Shown: one piece after another, positions 38,994 through 51,888 of the stretch
How positions within the stretch are numbered: position 1 is the first letter of the stretch
Layout of the letters: each line of letters opens with the position of its first letter
Source of the DNA: Sphagnum compactum
Lineage: Eukaryota
Assembly (NCBI GenBank): GCA_965153455.1
Contig: OZ234493.1
Span: forward strand, 2,542,001-2,606,000
Length of the DNA: 64,000 bases
Reading direction: 5' to 3'
Position numbers and translations under genes: made by a program
Notes under the pieces: model-generated
Told to the model about the DNA's origin: nothing
The model's database searches: none
The model's input: only the letters and a program-made list of their open reading frames with translations

Positions 38994-39689
38994 TGACACA
39001 GACTTGTAGTTCTGGTGGGTGGCCAAAGCGACTTATAAGATCGCACATCAAAAGAATCCAGACACATATATCAAATTGTGAACCCCCTGAAAGAATCCGG
39101 AAGAATAGCAAAAATGTGCGAATCGATCCAATTCATACAACCATAAAACACAAACTGTTTGGGTCCACCATTGAATTTGGTGAAGAATATCTTGAGTCAG
39201 ATATTATTATCCCCAAGAAGGAATTTGGGTTGGAATAATATAACTACCTGTTATTACACTTCCTTGTTGTTGTTGCTCCAGAGACGCTGATGCACGCTTC
39301 TTGTTCTTCTTCCATTTGGCTCTTTCCACCACCACCACCACCACCACCTTTGACGCCAACAACGAAGGACTCGTCATCAACGTCGAAAGCTCCACTACGG
39401 TGCTACCGAGTTGGGCACTAGTGCGTTTATCAAATACCCAGTTTCCCGCTCGTTAAGCGCCAGCAGCGTCTGTTTTGCCGCGTTCAACAGAGGGAAATGT
39501 GCATTGTTAAGTACCCTGCTATTTTCTTTCTACTTAACCCTCGCTTCCTTCTGTTGATGATGGATGATGTTCAAAGACAAAGCAAAGTTAAGGACCATTT
39601 TTTTTCTATCCATCTTCATCCACACACTACAAACGTAAAAACTCCACAACACATGTTTTTTCAGCGATGTCAGAGTGGTCAGGTGTCCG

Positions 39690-40165
39690 AGCGTGTTTTT
39701 TTGTGTTTTGGCGAAATTTCGCCACTTGGCGACCCCGAAAAAAAAAGGGGGGCCGGGGATGCGAATCCTAATAAAAGATTTTGACAAAATATCCTACAGC
39801 GTTGCCATTTATTTGAGGAAAAACTAAATGAAATCGCCATATTTGAAGTTCCAGCATGTCGCCAATACATAGATAGCATGATTCCTAAAAAAAAAATTCT
39901 AATGTCCTCTTTGACATGTAGCTGAATATGGCTAAAGACATCTTATGGAAGATAGAAAACCCACTTACCTCACAAAACTGGGGGAAAAAAAGACCCCAGT
40001 CAAGAGAAGGATTATTTTCAAATTTTGTGACATTGAAATTTTTGGCTAATTTTTCCCCCAAAAAATTTAGCAAATTTTCTAATTAGTTAAATTTACACTA
40101 GAAAACAAAATTCTCCATTTTTTTCTTTTCCAAATTTTTTTTTGGTCCAAAAAGCCACAAAATGG
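39690..40165. repeat. Probable MITE-like dispersed repeats upstream of MBD9
   Basis: Contains the perfect palindrome tggcgaaatttcgcca (39709-39724) and A/T-tract-rich blocks that I recall as high-copy Sphagnum repeats. No coding signal. Confidence 0.45.
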
Positions 40166-40767
40166 GTCCAAAAAACTTCACTGTTCAAGAGTGTACATCA
40201 GGACTACTCTCTGACAGTAATTTGTGGAAATCATCCATCCCTACATAGATGAAACAAGTGGCTCACCACCGTGCAATAAATGGTGGTCATCATGCAATGA
40301 CTCTGACCTTTAAGTTATGCCAAGCTCAAACCAGAGGTGATCAAAAGAGCAAATTTTTAATTTAAATTTTTGATATTCGGGTAGTTTACATGAATAACCC
40401 CCCGTTTGATCCTTAAGGGTCTTGGACTAGGGAATCTCAAGTTAGTTAGGGTTTAGGGTCTTAGGGTGGAGGCAAGGTTTAGGGAGGCATCACTTCTCCC
40501 CACGTGAGAAGTAGGATTATATGCATGTTCATTGTTCCACTGTCTATTGTGTTTCTCATTATTCAATTACATTTGTTGATATTCGTCGTGTTGCTACTAT
40601 TTTTGTTGTTGTTCATGATGTTGTTGTGTAAATCGAAATGAGGTGCAAAGGTTGTATGCTCCGTGTGAACACATAGAATTTTTTAAGTTTTTAGATTTTA
40701 TGTCACTATCAACTTTTTGCACAATGACAGCAAAAAGCTTTTCATCATTGTCTTCTTCTTCAAATTT

Positions 40768-40831
40768 AACCATCACCATAAGGAATTTGAACCATCACCG
40801 TAAGGAATTTGAACCATCACCATAAGGATTT
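40768..40831. repeat. 22-bp tandem repeat, 3 copies
   Basis: aaccatcacc(a/g)taaggaatttg at 40768, 40790 and 40812. Confidence 0.92.
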
Positions 40832-41919
40832 GAGCAGTGCATGTGAAGGAGTGGATTTTTTTGTTGTTTGTGTGTAATGCAAGACTTATCCATCAAAGTT
40901 GTGGATGGTGGAGGATGAAGCAGCTTTGATGAAACTCCTAAAGATAGAATTGGGAGATGTTGTGTGACTTGGGATAAAAGGCGAACGTTGAAGTGGAGTT
41001 ATAGAACAAAAGAAAAGCTAAATCATCAACTTAATAGTTTGGGTGATAGAAAGTTGATTTTGCTTACTTACATTGGTAGTTGTTGTGTTGATCTTTCATT
41101 GTGCCAATAACTGCTAATGCAATGCACTATGTATTTCAAAAGTTATATGAGAGATTGTGCCGAAAAGTGATGACAACACTAGGTGGTCCAAGATGTAAAA
41201 ATATGGGCATATAAGTGATTTTGTATTCATGCATTTGATTGGAAAGGATTAAAAAAGGTTAGTCAAACATGGGTGATAATTTTTTTGAAGTGGTTAGCAT
41301 GAGGAACTCATGAGAGATATTTTTAAATTGAAGCATGAAATGAATGAAATTCAAGATTCTATCCATTTGCTAATCTTTTAACCTTGGAATCCACATTGAC
41401 AACATGTGTCTTATACTAATAATGTTTTTTTGTAGAAACCAAGTGTTTTCCATTTGTCTAAAAATTATCACACCTTGAAACTACTAGCTGGATGGGAAGG
41501 GGAATTGTTGTAGTGCAAATGCAAAGAAAGCGTGGTTGAATCAATGCATTACATGATAAGGTCTGGGACTTAGTAGCTCAAAGGACTGAAAGAACATTGA
41601 TGGATTTAATCTTTAGCTAAACCTCCAACAAATATGAAGTGAAAATTGTTTCAATATTAGGAATTGTAAACTACTTGCTAGATGGGCATAAAATTCTTCA
41701 ATTGGATGAACCCAATTATGTAATGAAGGTTGTTGTAGAAGTAGTTTTTTCAATTCTTACTAAATTTCCATCTAAGCATAGAACTTGGATTCGTTCCATA
41801 GACTTATCTGTTAATAGGATTCAAACTTTAAAGGAGTATTAAAGTCCTAGTCATGTTGATGAATTTTAGTTGTATTCCTCTTTTATTGTTTTATGTGACC
41901 CTTTTTTTTTTGGTTAGCG

Positions 41920-42600
41920 TTGGTGTTCATCTTGTTGTAGATGCAAATTTTGTTATTAATGTTCATTGTGTTACTAATGCATGTCATATTGTTACAAGTG
42001 TTCATCGTGTTATTATTGTTCCTTGTGTTATTAATATTCGTCATGTTGTTATAGGTGTTCATTGTGTTGTTAGTGTTCGTTATGTTGTTGTAAATGCTCA
42101 TCGTGTTGTAATGTTCACTATGTTCCTAATATTCATCATGTTGTTGTAAATGTTCCTTGTGTTGTTGGTGTTTCTCATTTTTTAATGTTCGTCATATTAT
42201 TATAAGTGTTCCTTATGTTGTTAATGTTCATCATCTTTGTCAACTCTTTTAGGTATCACCATTGTTGTCCATTGTGTTGCTAGTGTTCATCATCTTTATT
42301 AACATTTTTAGGTATCACCATTATTGTCCATTTTGTTACTAGTGTTCATCATTTTTGTTGACTTTCTTAAGTATTGTCATTATTGTTCATTGCATAGTTG
42401 TTAGTGTTCATTATGTTTGTTGACTTTTTAGGTATTGTCATTATTGTTCATCACATTGTTGTTGGTGTTCATTATATTTTGTCGACTTTCTTAGGTATTG
42501 TCATTATTGTTTATCGTGTTGTTGTTGGTATTCATTGTTTTTATCGATTTTTTTAGGTATTGCCTTTGTTGTTCATCATGTTACTAGTGTTCATATATGT
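41920..42600. repeat. Degenerate minisatellite: ~18-bp tgttcatcgtgttgtt units, changing to ~60-bp units containing ttaggtat
   Basis: Recurrent gttcat/tgttg words. From ~42225 the ttttaggtat(c/t)...att(g/a)ttgt(c/t)cat block recurs about every 57-63 bp. The V/H-rich and N/T-rich ORFs here are by-products of the repeat. Confidence 0.85.
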
Positions 42601-43059
42601 TGTTTTCCCCCTTTTGTGATTAATATTACCTTACCTCTACATTTTTTGCATATTGGAATTTTGTTGGAGGTGAAATGTTGTTGGTTGTTTGTGGTTTCAA
42701 AAAAAACTTTTACATTTTTTAAAAAACAATTCCCAAAATTATGTCATTTTTGTTCATTTTGATTTATTTTTATATTGAAGATAATTTGTTGATAATGAAT
42801 TGTTTATGCAGGAATAACTTGCAAATTGGAAACATTGTTTGCAACCTTGAACTTTTACCTTATATTATTAAAAGACATTTTGAAGTAATTTTGCATTTAC
42901 ATATCTACATCAACCTTGGGCACTTTGTTTGCATAATGTTTTTTTTGAAAAATGAGACATACTTGTCAATAATTTGTATGTGCATGTGTCATCTTTTACA
43001 TTCTATAAAACCATAAAGACTGTATTTTTTCATTTTCTCAATTTTAATCTATTAACACA

Positions 43060-46000
43060 CCATGAAAATGAAACAAAATTTTCTAGATGAAGGATGTGAT
43101 GTGTTCATGAATGAAAATGAAGTAAAAGTGAAGGGAAGAACTAAAACTGAAAGGTTTAAAGAATTTCAAGTTTTTGATGAAAAAATGATGATAGAATGCA
43201 ATCGGTTATGAAAACATTACATGAACAAAGGTTAAATTGGAAATGCCATGGTAGAAAATTTTCAAGATGTGCATTTTTCTTTGTCAATGGTGAATTACTA
43301 ATTGATGTTAAGGTCTTGAAAGTCATGTGCTATATTTTTGTGTTATAATAGACTAATACGTCATGTAGTATCAAACCAAAGAACAAGGTTGAGGAAAGGT
43401 CTTGTTTCATATTTCAAAAATAATGGGCAATTATATTTTAAGAACATGTGAATGCAAACCATGGAAAAATTGCTAAAAAAATCAAAGAAGAAATGAATAA
43501 CAATTTGAAAAGTCCATTGGAAGAACTGCTTGCAAACAAAAACATGCAATGAGTGCAAGTGCAATCTCCAATTTTTTAGGGCCATAGATCCTTACAAAAA
43601 AATAATGCACACCAAAAACAAATTTGTGGAGAATTTGGGTTTATTAGTTGTCAAAAACCATTTTCCATTCATTTCGTTGAAAGTATATGTCGAAACTATT
43701 TAGTAATGCAATTATGCCCTTATGTTGTTTTCCTTTCCAAAAATACCTTTAATCATGAAATGTTATTAAATTTGGTTCAAAAGAAAAAACAGATGTTTTT
43801 ACCAATTTTGGTAAAATAAGTTTGTGTTATTGTAAGTTTTGATTTATGGACACCCAAAAGAAGGGCACATGATGTTTTTGCATTGGTTGTAAAATTTTTG
43901 GGAGTAGATTGGATGCCAAAACACATTACAATTGGTTTATTTAAAGTTACATAAAACATTAAAGCAAACATTGGCAAAAAGTTTGTCAGACATTTTAGAA
44001 CAACATGGCTTTACCAAAAATATTTTTGTTTACGTTAATAAAGATGAAGGTGCAAATATAAATATCATGATAATTGCTTTAAAGTCCATAGTAAGTTGTG
44101 AAGCTTTCGGTTTGATGGAAAGTTTTCAGGGGACTTGCTTTGGACATGCTTTCTCTGAGGTTTAAAAATATACAATTGGGAAAATAGAATCTTTAGGAAT
44201 GTGAAATATGTTTTCATTAAGTTTGTTTATGCAAATTTTTTTAAATGTATTATGTGGCTTAAAAAGCTAAAGAAAGGAAAACAAGAATGGATAAAGGCTT
44301 GCATTACTAAAAGCTACGAGTCTCAAATATTAAACACGTTAATTAAAACAAATTAAAATGCAAGTTATTTGTTCTCATTCTTTTCCCTCTTATTGTTTTG
44401 AATTTTTGTATTGCAAAATGTTGTCTTCTGATTAGGAATGTGAATTGTGCAAGTTTGCAAGCAAAGTGATCATGTTTTAAAAAGCCTTTCAATTTTGAAA
44501 AGCCATTGACTTTTGTTATAACAGATAAACTGGTCCTAGGGTCATTCGTCATGTTCCCTCTCCATTCACATGGCATATATCACAAATTACAATATACATT
44601 TTATTTCTTATTGTCACTATTTACATTGTTAACCAATCCAAGGGTTGTTAATTTTTGAATGATGTTTTGAATGCATGAACTTAAAAGTTAAAGGAAAAAA
44701 TGAAACATCTGCTTTCATTGGATGTTTTAATCAATGATGATGATTACAACTTGAATATTGAGTTGGGAACTTTTGCAAAGAACATTAAAAAGGAAGTCAT
44801 TGGTATCATTGGTTTTTTCATTTCCTTATTAATAAGATAGGATGAGAAAAAAACCCATAATATGCTAGCTTTGATGTTAGATCCTAAATTCAAAAGTTTG
44901 ATATTGATCTCTTCTTTTATTGATCATGAGCATGGGGTGGCCATAGCTGAAAAGTACGATAAGAAATATTTCTTTCCTATGGTCTTGAAGTCTTAAACAT
45001 CATTTGAATCCATTGTCTAAGGTTAAAAGTTCCTTTGTTCACAAAATTAATGAAGATAATTATTAAGGGTAAAAAATGGCCCTTATAAAACCTAATGATA
45101 ACCATTAATTAACTCATGGGAACATGTGATTGGTATTTGTTTACAAATCAACTAGGAAAGATTTGTGTCAAACTTATGATAAAGACCTAGTTTTATGGGT
45201 GAAATGTGGACCTTGTGTGGTTTATGGAAATACGGGATTAAGAGAAGGATTCCTCTCATTCTTGTATGAGGAGATTATGGAAAAATAGAAAAGTAGTTGT
45301 ATGTTGGAAGAAAGAAAACACAAGGGAATGTGAAGGTTATGAAACTTGATGTGTTTTTTTTTTTTTCCTCTTCTTTGCTTTCATTTCCCTTTAGAATATA
45401 GTAGTTCATTTGAATTTGATGTATAATACTAAAGCTCTTAAATTTGTTTAGTGGTTTTTTCCTTTTAATACTTCTTCTTTGGAAATTAACTTGTTGGAAG
45501 TATGGTAAAAATAGTTTACATGCAATTGGTGGATGGCAATTGCTATAAGGAAGTGGACAACTAAATGAAATGATATATATAGTTGGAAGAAATATTCTCT
45601 AGGGATTAGAAGGTTATTACCTTCCAGCCCCCCTTCCTTTTATTCATTATCAATTTCGCAATAATTCACACATATAAAAAATTTCTTGATTCTAAACTAA
45701 AGGTAGGACCACCTTCATGTCTTTTTCCTTTCCAATGTTTGCACTTTGGTAGTTTATTTTCTACCTGACAACTTTTTATTTTGATAGTAGTACGACTATC
45801 AAGTCCATGATTATACAATAACAACTTGGACAATTTTGAGATCGTGACCAACACTCATGAACTTGAAAAAAGGATCGTTAATAAAGAATTGTTGATATTT
45901 TGTAAATATCAAGTGAATGCAAACATCATGTCAAGATATCAAATGCCTTTTGGAATGGTGGAAGAAACATGAAACCATGTTCCCAACTATTGGTTAAACA

Positions 46001-46260
46001 AATATTAAGGATCATAAATTCTCCAATTGAAATTAAATTTTTTTTTCCATTTTTAGAATTCTCACCAATTTGAGGAGATGTTGCTTACAATTAAATAACC
46101 TTGAAAAAATAATCTTTATGAATAAGAATTGACCAAATGATGCAAGGGTGGATAACAAGGCTTCTAATAGTTTGATAAAAGTAATATATTTTGCATTAGA
46201 CTTAGGACAAGAATTAGACGACTTTGAAAGTTCATTTGAGTGAAATGAATAGAAAGAGAT
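43060..46260 (+). mobile_element. Decayed hAT-superfamily (BED-finger type) transposase
   Basis: Frameshifted fragments: SFDLW...HDVFALVVKFLGVDWMPKHITIGLF (~43835-43945), KDEGANIN...FQGTCFGHAFS (44041-44157; second catalytic D and the CxxH motif), HNMLALMLDPKFKSL (~44856-44900), and the dimerisation region CLLEWWKKHETMFPTI...ILTNLRRCCLQLNNLEKIIFMNKN (~45944-46130). Confidence 0.88.
45061..45820. mobile_element. About 760-bp insertion nested in the hAT transposase (possible decayed solo LTR)
   Basis: Transposase homology stops at ...NEDN (45060) and resumes at LDNFEIVTNT...VNKELLIF (45826). The insert ends are TATT...AATA and the flanks are ataat and acaac. Confidence 0.6.
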
Positions 46261-48839
46261 CTAATCTATTTTTTTTGTCTTATATATCTCTTGAATGTGA
46301 TCACATATTTTTGATTAACTATTAAAGTTTTGTAATGAACTTTGTTGATTTGTTTTTGACTTATGAAAATTTGAAAAAATATTTAAAGATTTTAATCCTA
46401 AAATCTTTAAATGAAGTTAACTAATTGACATAATGTAAATAACTAATCTAAATAAGTTATGAATTAGTTGCGAAAAAATGGTTAAGCATGAAGAAAAATA
46501 AAAACAAAACATTGAAGAAAGTGTGAATTTTTCAAAAATATGATAATTGTCTTGTTACTTAAATTAATTTTTTTGAAAATTGAAACAAGCAATTATGAAA
46601 AAATAAATAATTGTCCAACACCAATTCTCACCAATTTTGTAAATTTGTTTTAATAACCTCTAGTTCTAGTTTTTTTGAAAATTTGAAAATTAAAAAATAT
46701 TTGATAATATTTGAACCAAAGAACTTTAGTTTCAATTTTTTATTAATTTCAATGGTGAAGGTCTCTTACATTATGGTGAAGGACCATGTTCATGAAATGT
46801 TGAAAGTCCTTTAAACACTTCAGAAGGTTGTCCCATGGAAATTAAAAAATCATTTATGTGTGGGCCTAGGTTGTCACGTGTAATGTAAAGTTTAAATAGA
46901 CTTGATTGAAATACCAACATACTCTAATGGAACCAAAAAATGTGATTAAGTATTTTATGTAAATTTCAATTTTTAGCTTAATATTCTATTTAACATTTTC
47001 CCTACTTGTTTAATGTTTGTCTTTTCTTTTTTTTCATCACATTTTTCCATTTTTTTCTTCTCCATTTTCTCATTTCAATATGTAACATCATCATGGATCA
47101 TAAAAGGAAAAAAACATGTAAGAAAAAAAAACCAATCATGACTTTTTGGGCCCATGGGCGTTATTGAACCTCAATCCCACCTTTTATTTTTAAAACTTTT
47201 TGTAAAAGTGAGGAAAAAATATGTTAAAGATTTGACCAATGGGCTAGAACATTTTGGGCCCACCTTTAGAAAAATATATATTAAAAACATTTTCAGAATA
47301 ATTATGTACAAAAATTCAACCAATCATGGCATTTTTGGCCCAAGGGGGCTAACACAAGAAGAAATCTTGGATTTTTTTGCTACTCGAATCCATTATGTTT
47401 TTCGTGAAATAGGACAAAGTTCACTAATATGTAACTTGTATGGTTTTGGTTTTTTTTTTTTTTTAAATTGATTTTTGTTGGAGACTACTGGTGTGCTTCA
47501 CCAATTTGCCCTTCATGAAAAATAATTGATACTACTTGAGGCATTTTATGGCACGTAGGTCTTTTTTCTATCCACGGAAGTTTCTATTCAGATTGAGAAA
47601 CTCTTGTAAGTGTTACAAATTGTTAATTTATCTTATCTGCACTCAAATTACTGTTGATGGTAACACCATTTTCCACTTGTTCATGTAATAAAACCTGATC
47701 TAATTGTCTCCTATGACTTATATTTACAATTATATTTTCCACTTTTTCACTATTTAATTCAAATTTGAACAAAGTTCTTCATTAGAACAAAATCCTCATA
47801 GTTAGCTACTCTGCTTAGATCTATTTCCTAAACAAAAACTTATGATCAAGATTTGAAAAAAATGCAAAAAGTGAAATTGAAATTCACTATCAATCCTTAG
47901 AAACAAAAATTTCATCAACAAGACATAAACAACATTTTGAAATTCACTTTGAATTCAGGCCTTGGGATGGTCACCAAATAGTAAATACAGAATTTTTCAT
48001 CCTATATTTTCATTTAAATCTAAACTAAAACATGTCATAAAACTAATACTAATAAAATTTGCTCATTCAAATCTATTCATATCTAGTTTCAGAATTAAAA
48101 TCCAGTAATGAAAGTATGATAAAAACATTTAACAACAAATTTGGCTATGGAAATGAAGCTTTTCCAATAAACCAATTGTTCTTGTTTCATACTTCACCAA
48201 AACTCCATGTTCTACAATGAATCTTCCCCCTCATTCTCTTCCTTATTCCAAGATATAACCATCTAAAAAAAACAGACCTATGATCTACTCAAATTCAATC
48301 ACTGATAAAAGCTATGTAATCTAACTAGTAATTCCTAAAACAATAACTAAATAAGTAAAAATATATTAACTAATTTTTACCACTAGTAACTACTCCCTTA
48401 ACATCACTTTTGGTTGATTAAGTAAGACATCACCTTCCTCCAAGACGCAAAGGAAAATTATATCATATTTATACTCATTGCTCATGATTACATAATGAAA
48501 CATCACCAAAACCTCTTCAATATCCCTTACAATGACATACTAAAACTTTTTTAAAAAGTTAAATTGACATTATAAACGAGTTTAGAACTTAATTAACCAT
48601 ATGTCACAAGACTATCACATCTTTACAAAGCCATTGGAATTTTTGGGGTGAAATAACAAACAAAAGATGCAACTACCATTTGATCATGTAAACTAATACC
48701 AATACATATCCTAAAGTTGGAGAAATTGAAAAATTGTCAAATGGAAGTGATTTTACATTTGTTCCAACAATTTTTTTCCCTTAGTTAATCAGGTTAATCA
48801 AAGCTTAGTCCAAGCATCTAGAGCGAAATTACGTGAAGA

Positions 48840-49120
48840 CATACCTTGATCCATCAATTCCAGTCATAAATTTGGAACATCCAAAACTTAATCGAATCAA
48901 CACAAACTTTAATCCATCAAATCAGACCTTAATTTAAACATTTAAAATTTAGTTAGATGAAGGTAGACCTTAATCCATCAAATCAAACCTTAATTGGAAC
49001 ATCCATGATTTAATTAGGTGAAGGCATACCTTAATCCATCAAATGAGGTCCTAATTGGAGCATCTAAAACTTAATGTGGTCAAAACACACTTTAATCCAT
49101 CAATTCAAAGCTTAATCCGA
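48840..49120. repeat. ~61-bp tandem repeat, about 5 diverged copies
   Basis: The core atccatcaa occurs at 48849, 48912, 48973, 49034 and 49095. Confidence 0.9.
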
Positions 49121-51888
49121 TCAATATAGAATTAAATCAAGGTAAGCCAAAGTCAAGATTCACATTAATAATACATAATATCAAAGCCAAAAATGGATGT
49201 TTTGAAATAAAAGCACAAATTGAGTTGAGAACCAAAATGTATTACATTTTGCTATTGATGTCCAATGTTGCATGACAAATGTGGGGGCTATTTTCATTCT
49301 ACCTAAGGGTTTGTAGGCCTAATTTAGTGTCTTCCTTTAAATTTGTATTTGAATCACAACGTAGATAAATGTCAGTTGCAACCACACATTCAGTTGCACA
49401 AAAGAATTCAAGCTCAAAATAATAGGCTTGAAAGGACTCCTCTTCATGCCATGTTTTTTAATGTAGCATCTATGGTCCAATCTAACCACCTCTTGGGCAT
49501 TCCATGATAAACTTTTACTCACAACCACACACCGCGTTTTGTTTGTTCAGTTGAGATGCCATAACATCAATGGGGTTCTTGGTAGGCGTGGAATGATGTG
49601 GTTTACTATTATTGTATCTGGACGAGGAGGCAACAAACAAGCTTCAAATTGGGTTGCCAATTTAGGGTTAAAGCACAAGGAAACTTGGGTGGGTTCAGCA
49701 ACAACTTCTATTTGAGAAATGGGATGGGCAAGCCATGTGGATTGAACAAGTTGGGCCACCTTAACGCAACATTTGGTAATCGACCACACCAACAACAAGA
49801 ATGATTGACACAAGCTAAGTTCCTCACCTCGACAATGAAAAATACTAAATCCTTTCTAGAGTTCTTTACCATGGTGCTTTGAAAACTAGAAATCAGAAGG
49901 TTCTAAGATCCCTAAACCCTAAACCTCACCTGAGAATTTTCAAAGTTTTGTTTTGAGGTTGGGGAGAAATTTTTGTTCAGTTCAGATGCTTTGGGTGTTA
50001 ATGGTCCGAGCCTTGAATATGTCACAACTAGAATACCAATGTGTTCTCCAAAAACCTTTGAACTCTTGTTCAAGAGATGCGCAACGAAAACTAGACTCTC
50101 CAAAAACCTTCATGGCGCGACAACCAGATGTTCTAGAAATCTTCACTCTTGTTCACAAGATGCACGGTGAAACTAAACCCTTCAGAAACCTTTTCTCTCC
50201 GAAACCTTTTCACCCCTAAACCCAAAATCTTATGAACTTAAAAATATGGCAAGTGTTTTAGTCAAGTTAATTGTTTTAAGAGTATTTACTTGTATGAAAT
50301 TCCAATCATCCAAAAATTCAATACCTATCCCATAAAGGTTTGTTCGTTCTGTGGATGCTACCTACCAAGTGCATAAGTTTTTTTGGAATTTTTTTCAAAA
50401 AAATCAATTATCAATATGTAAATTATTAATATCCATATTCATAAGGGGGTGTTTTCTCAATAACTTGCCAACACTGTTAGAAACCCACATCGTAAATAGC
50501 ATAGAAAATGTAAGAACTTTCCTTGAAATGAAATCTACCCTCCTAAATATAAAATTACCCCAGATAGAAATGCCTCAATTTTACACTAAAAAGTATCTCC
50601 TAGTGAGCTTCTTCATGTGAAGTGTAAAGCCCAATTCCTTCTGCAGGGCATAAACACTTACTCCAATTTTTTTTTCTTATTTTCTCCTCATGATATCCAG
50701 TGGGGTATCAGGACTAAAACAAATGAAAAAAAAAATGAGAGACGTGGATGCATATTAAAAAAAGAAAAAAAAAGAAAAAACCCGGTCCGGGGTCATTCTG
50801 GTTTTCGGAGTGAGCATTCCATTTTTTTGAAACACACCCAAAAAAAGATTATGTGAGTACAAAGTTTTACAACAAATTAAAATGAAAAGTTTATGTAAAT
50901 ATAGAGTTGAATAATTAATTAATAATTAATTATAGAACTCAGTCTACACCCGATACCCTCACAACATTGGTCTTTAGATGGCAGTGAGGTTCCTAACTAA
51001 AAAAGAAGAAGAAAGGAAATGGCTTGTCAGGTCAGGTCTGCTGTTGTTGTTGTTGTGCTTCAAAAAATTAAAAGAAAAACAAAAAAAAAAACAAAAGAGA
51101 TGGGGAAAAAAATTAGGTTAGGTTTCAAATAGAATGATTGAATTGAAAAACAACCTACTAACCCCAATGACTTGTTGTTAATATATTTAAAAAATAAATA
51201 AATTAAAGAATGTTAAAATCAAGCTCAAATTTCCTGGATGAGTTTGACGCCAATTCGTGTGTAATAAATAAATAAAGAAAAGTTGGGTACACACAGAGTC
51301 ACAGACAGACACAGAGGAGGAGCACACGACCCTGTCGAAGCGAGGCAGGTAAACGTACTTCCCAGCGTCGGCAGAAGAATTTGCCCCTTAGCAAAATCCC
51401 ATTTGAATATACCTACCTACCTATTTACCTAGTTTGCATTTGCCCGTTAGCTACTCGGCATTTCAAATCGTACGTACTTGGGTGAGTTGGTTGGTTGGTT
51501 GGTTGGTTGGTTTCCATCCCCTAATTGCGACGGTCGAGCGATCAATCGATCGCTCCGAGATCGAGGTTCGTGGAGGCGCATGGACGGGGGACTTGCGAAA
51601 TTCGTGAACATGGTAAGTGGAAACATGGAGAGTTTGTGTTGGGTAGTAGTAGCATTTGATTTTTGTTTGTGTCGAGAGTTGATGGAATGGGGTTGTGGTC
51701 ACCAAGTTTTGTTGTAGCAGGTAAGTGTAATGAGTGAGGAGAGTAAGAGGAGGAAGACGAGGTGGAGGAGGAGTTGAGGTGGGGACGTGTTGAGTGTGCG
51801 GGTGGTGTGCTTGGTGTTTCTTTCTTGGGTTCTTGGGTTGTCTTGAAAGAGGCGGTCTGAGGGAAGTAGGGTATAACAATCTTTAGGG

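Larger units (their letters stand above)
38115..39420 (-). promoter_or_regulatory. Probable spliced 5' leader of MBD9 containing uORFs
   Basis: Candidate leader exons ~39420-39248 (ACAG|gtagtt donor), 38674-38523 (ttag| acceptor, CAG|gtacg donor) and an acceptor at 38132. The first intron contains (CT)n and (TTG)n microsatellites. Confidence 0.55.

Noticed and set aside
40446-40484. Telomeric-type TTTAGGG words (also near 49910 and 56384)
   Set aside because: Only two or three imperfect units each, which is not an interstitial telomere array.
41853-42149. Val/His-rich and Asn/Thr-rich ORFs
   Set aside because: They are translations of the minisatellite.
48840-49120. Regularly spaced repeats resembling a CRISPR array
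   Set aside because: The whole ~61-bp unit is homologous between copies, so there are no unique spacers. There are no cas genes and the context is eukaryotic.
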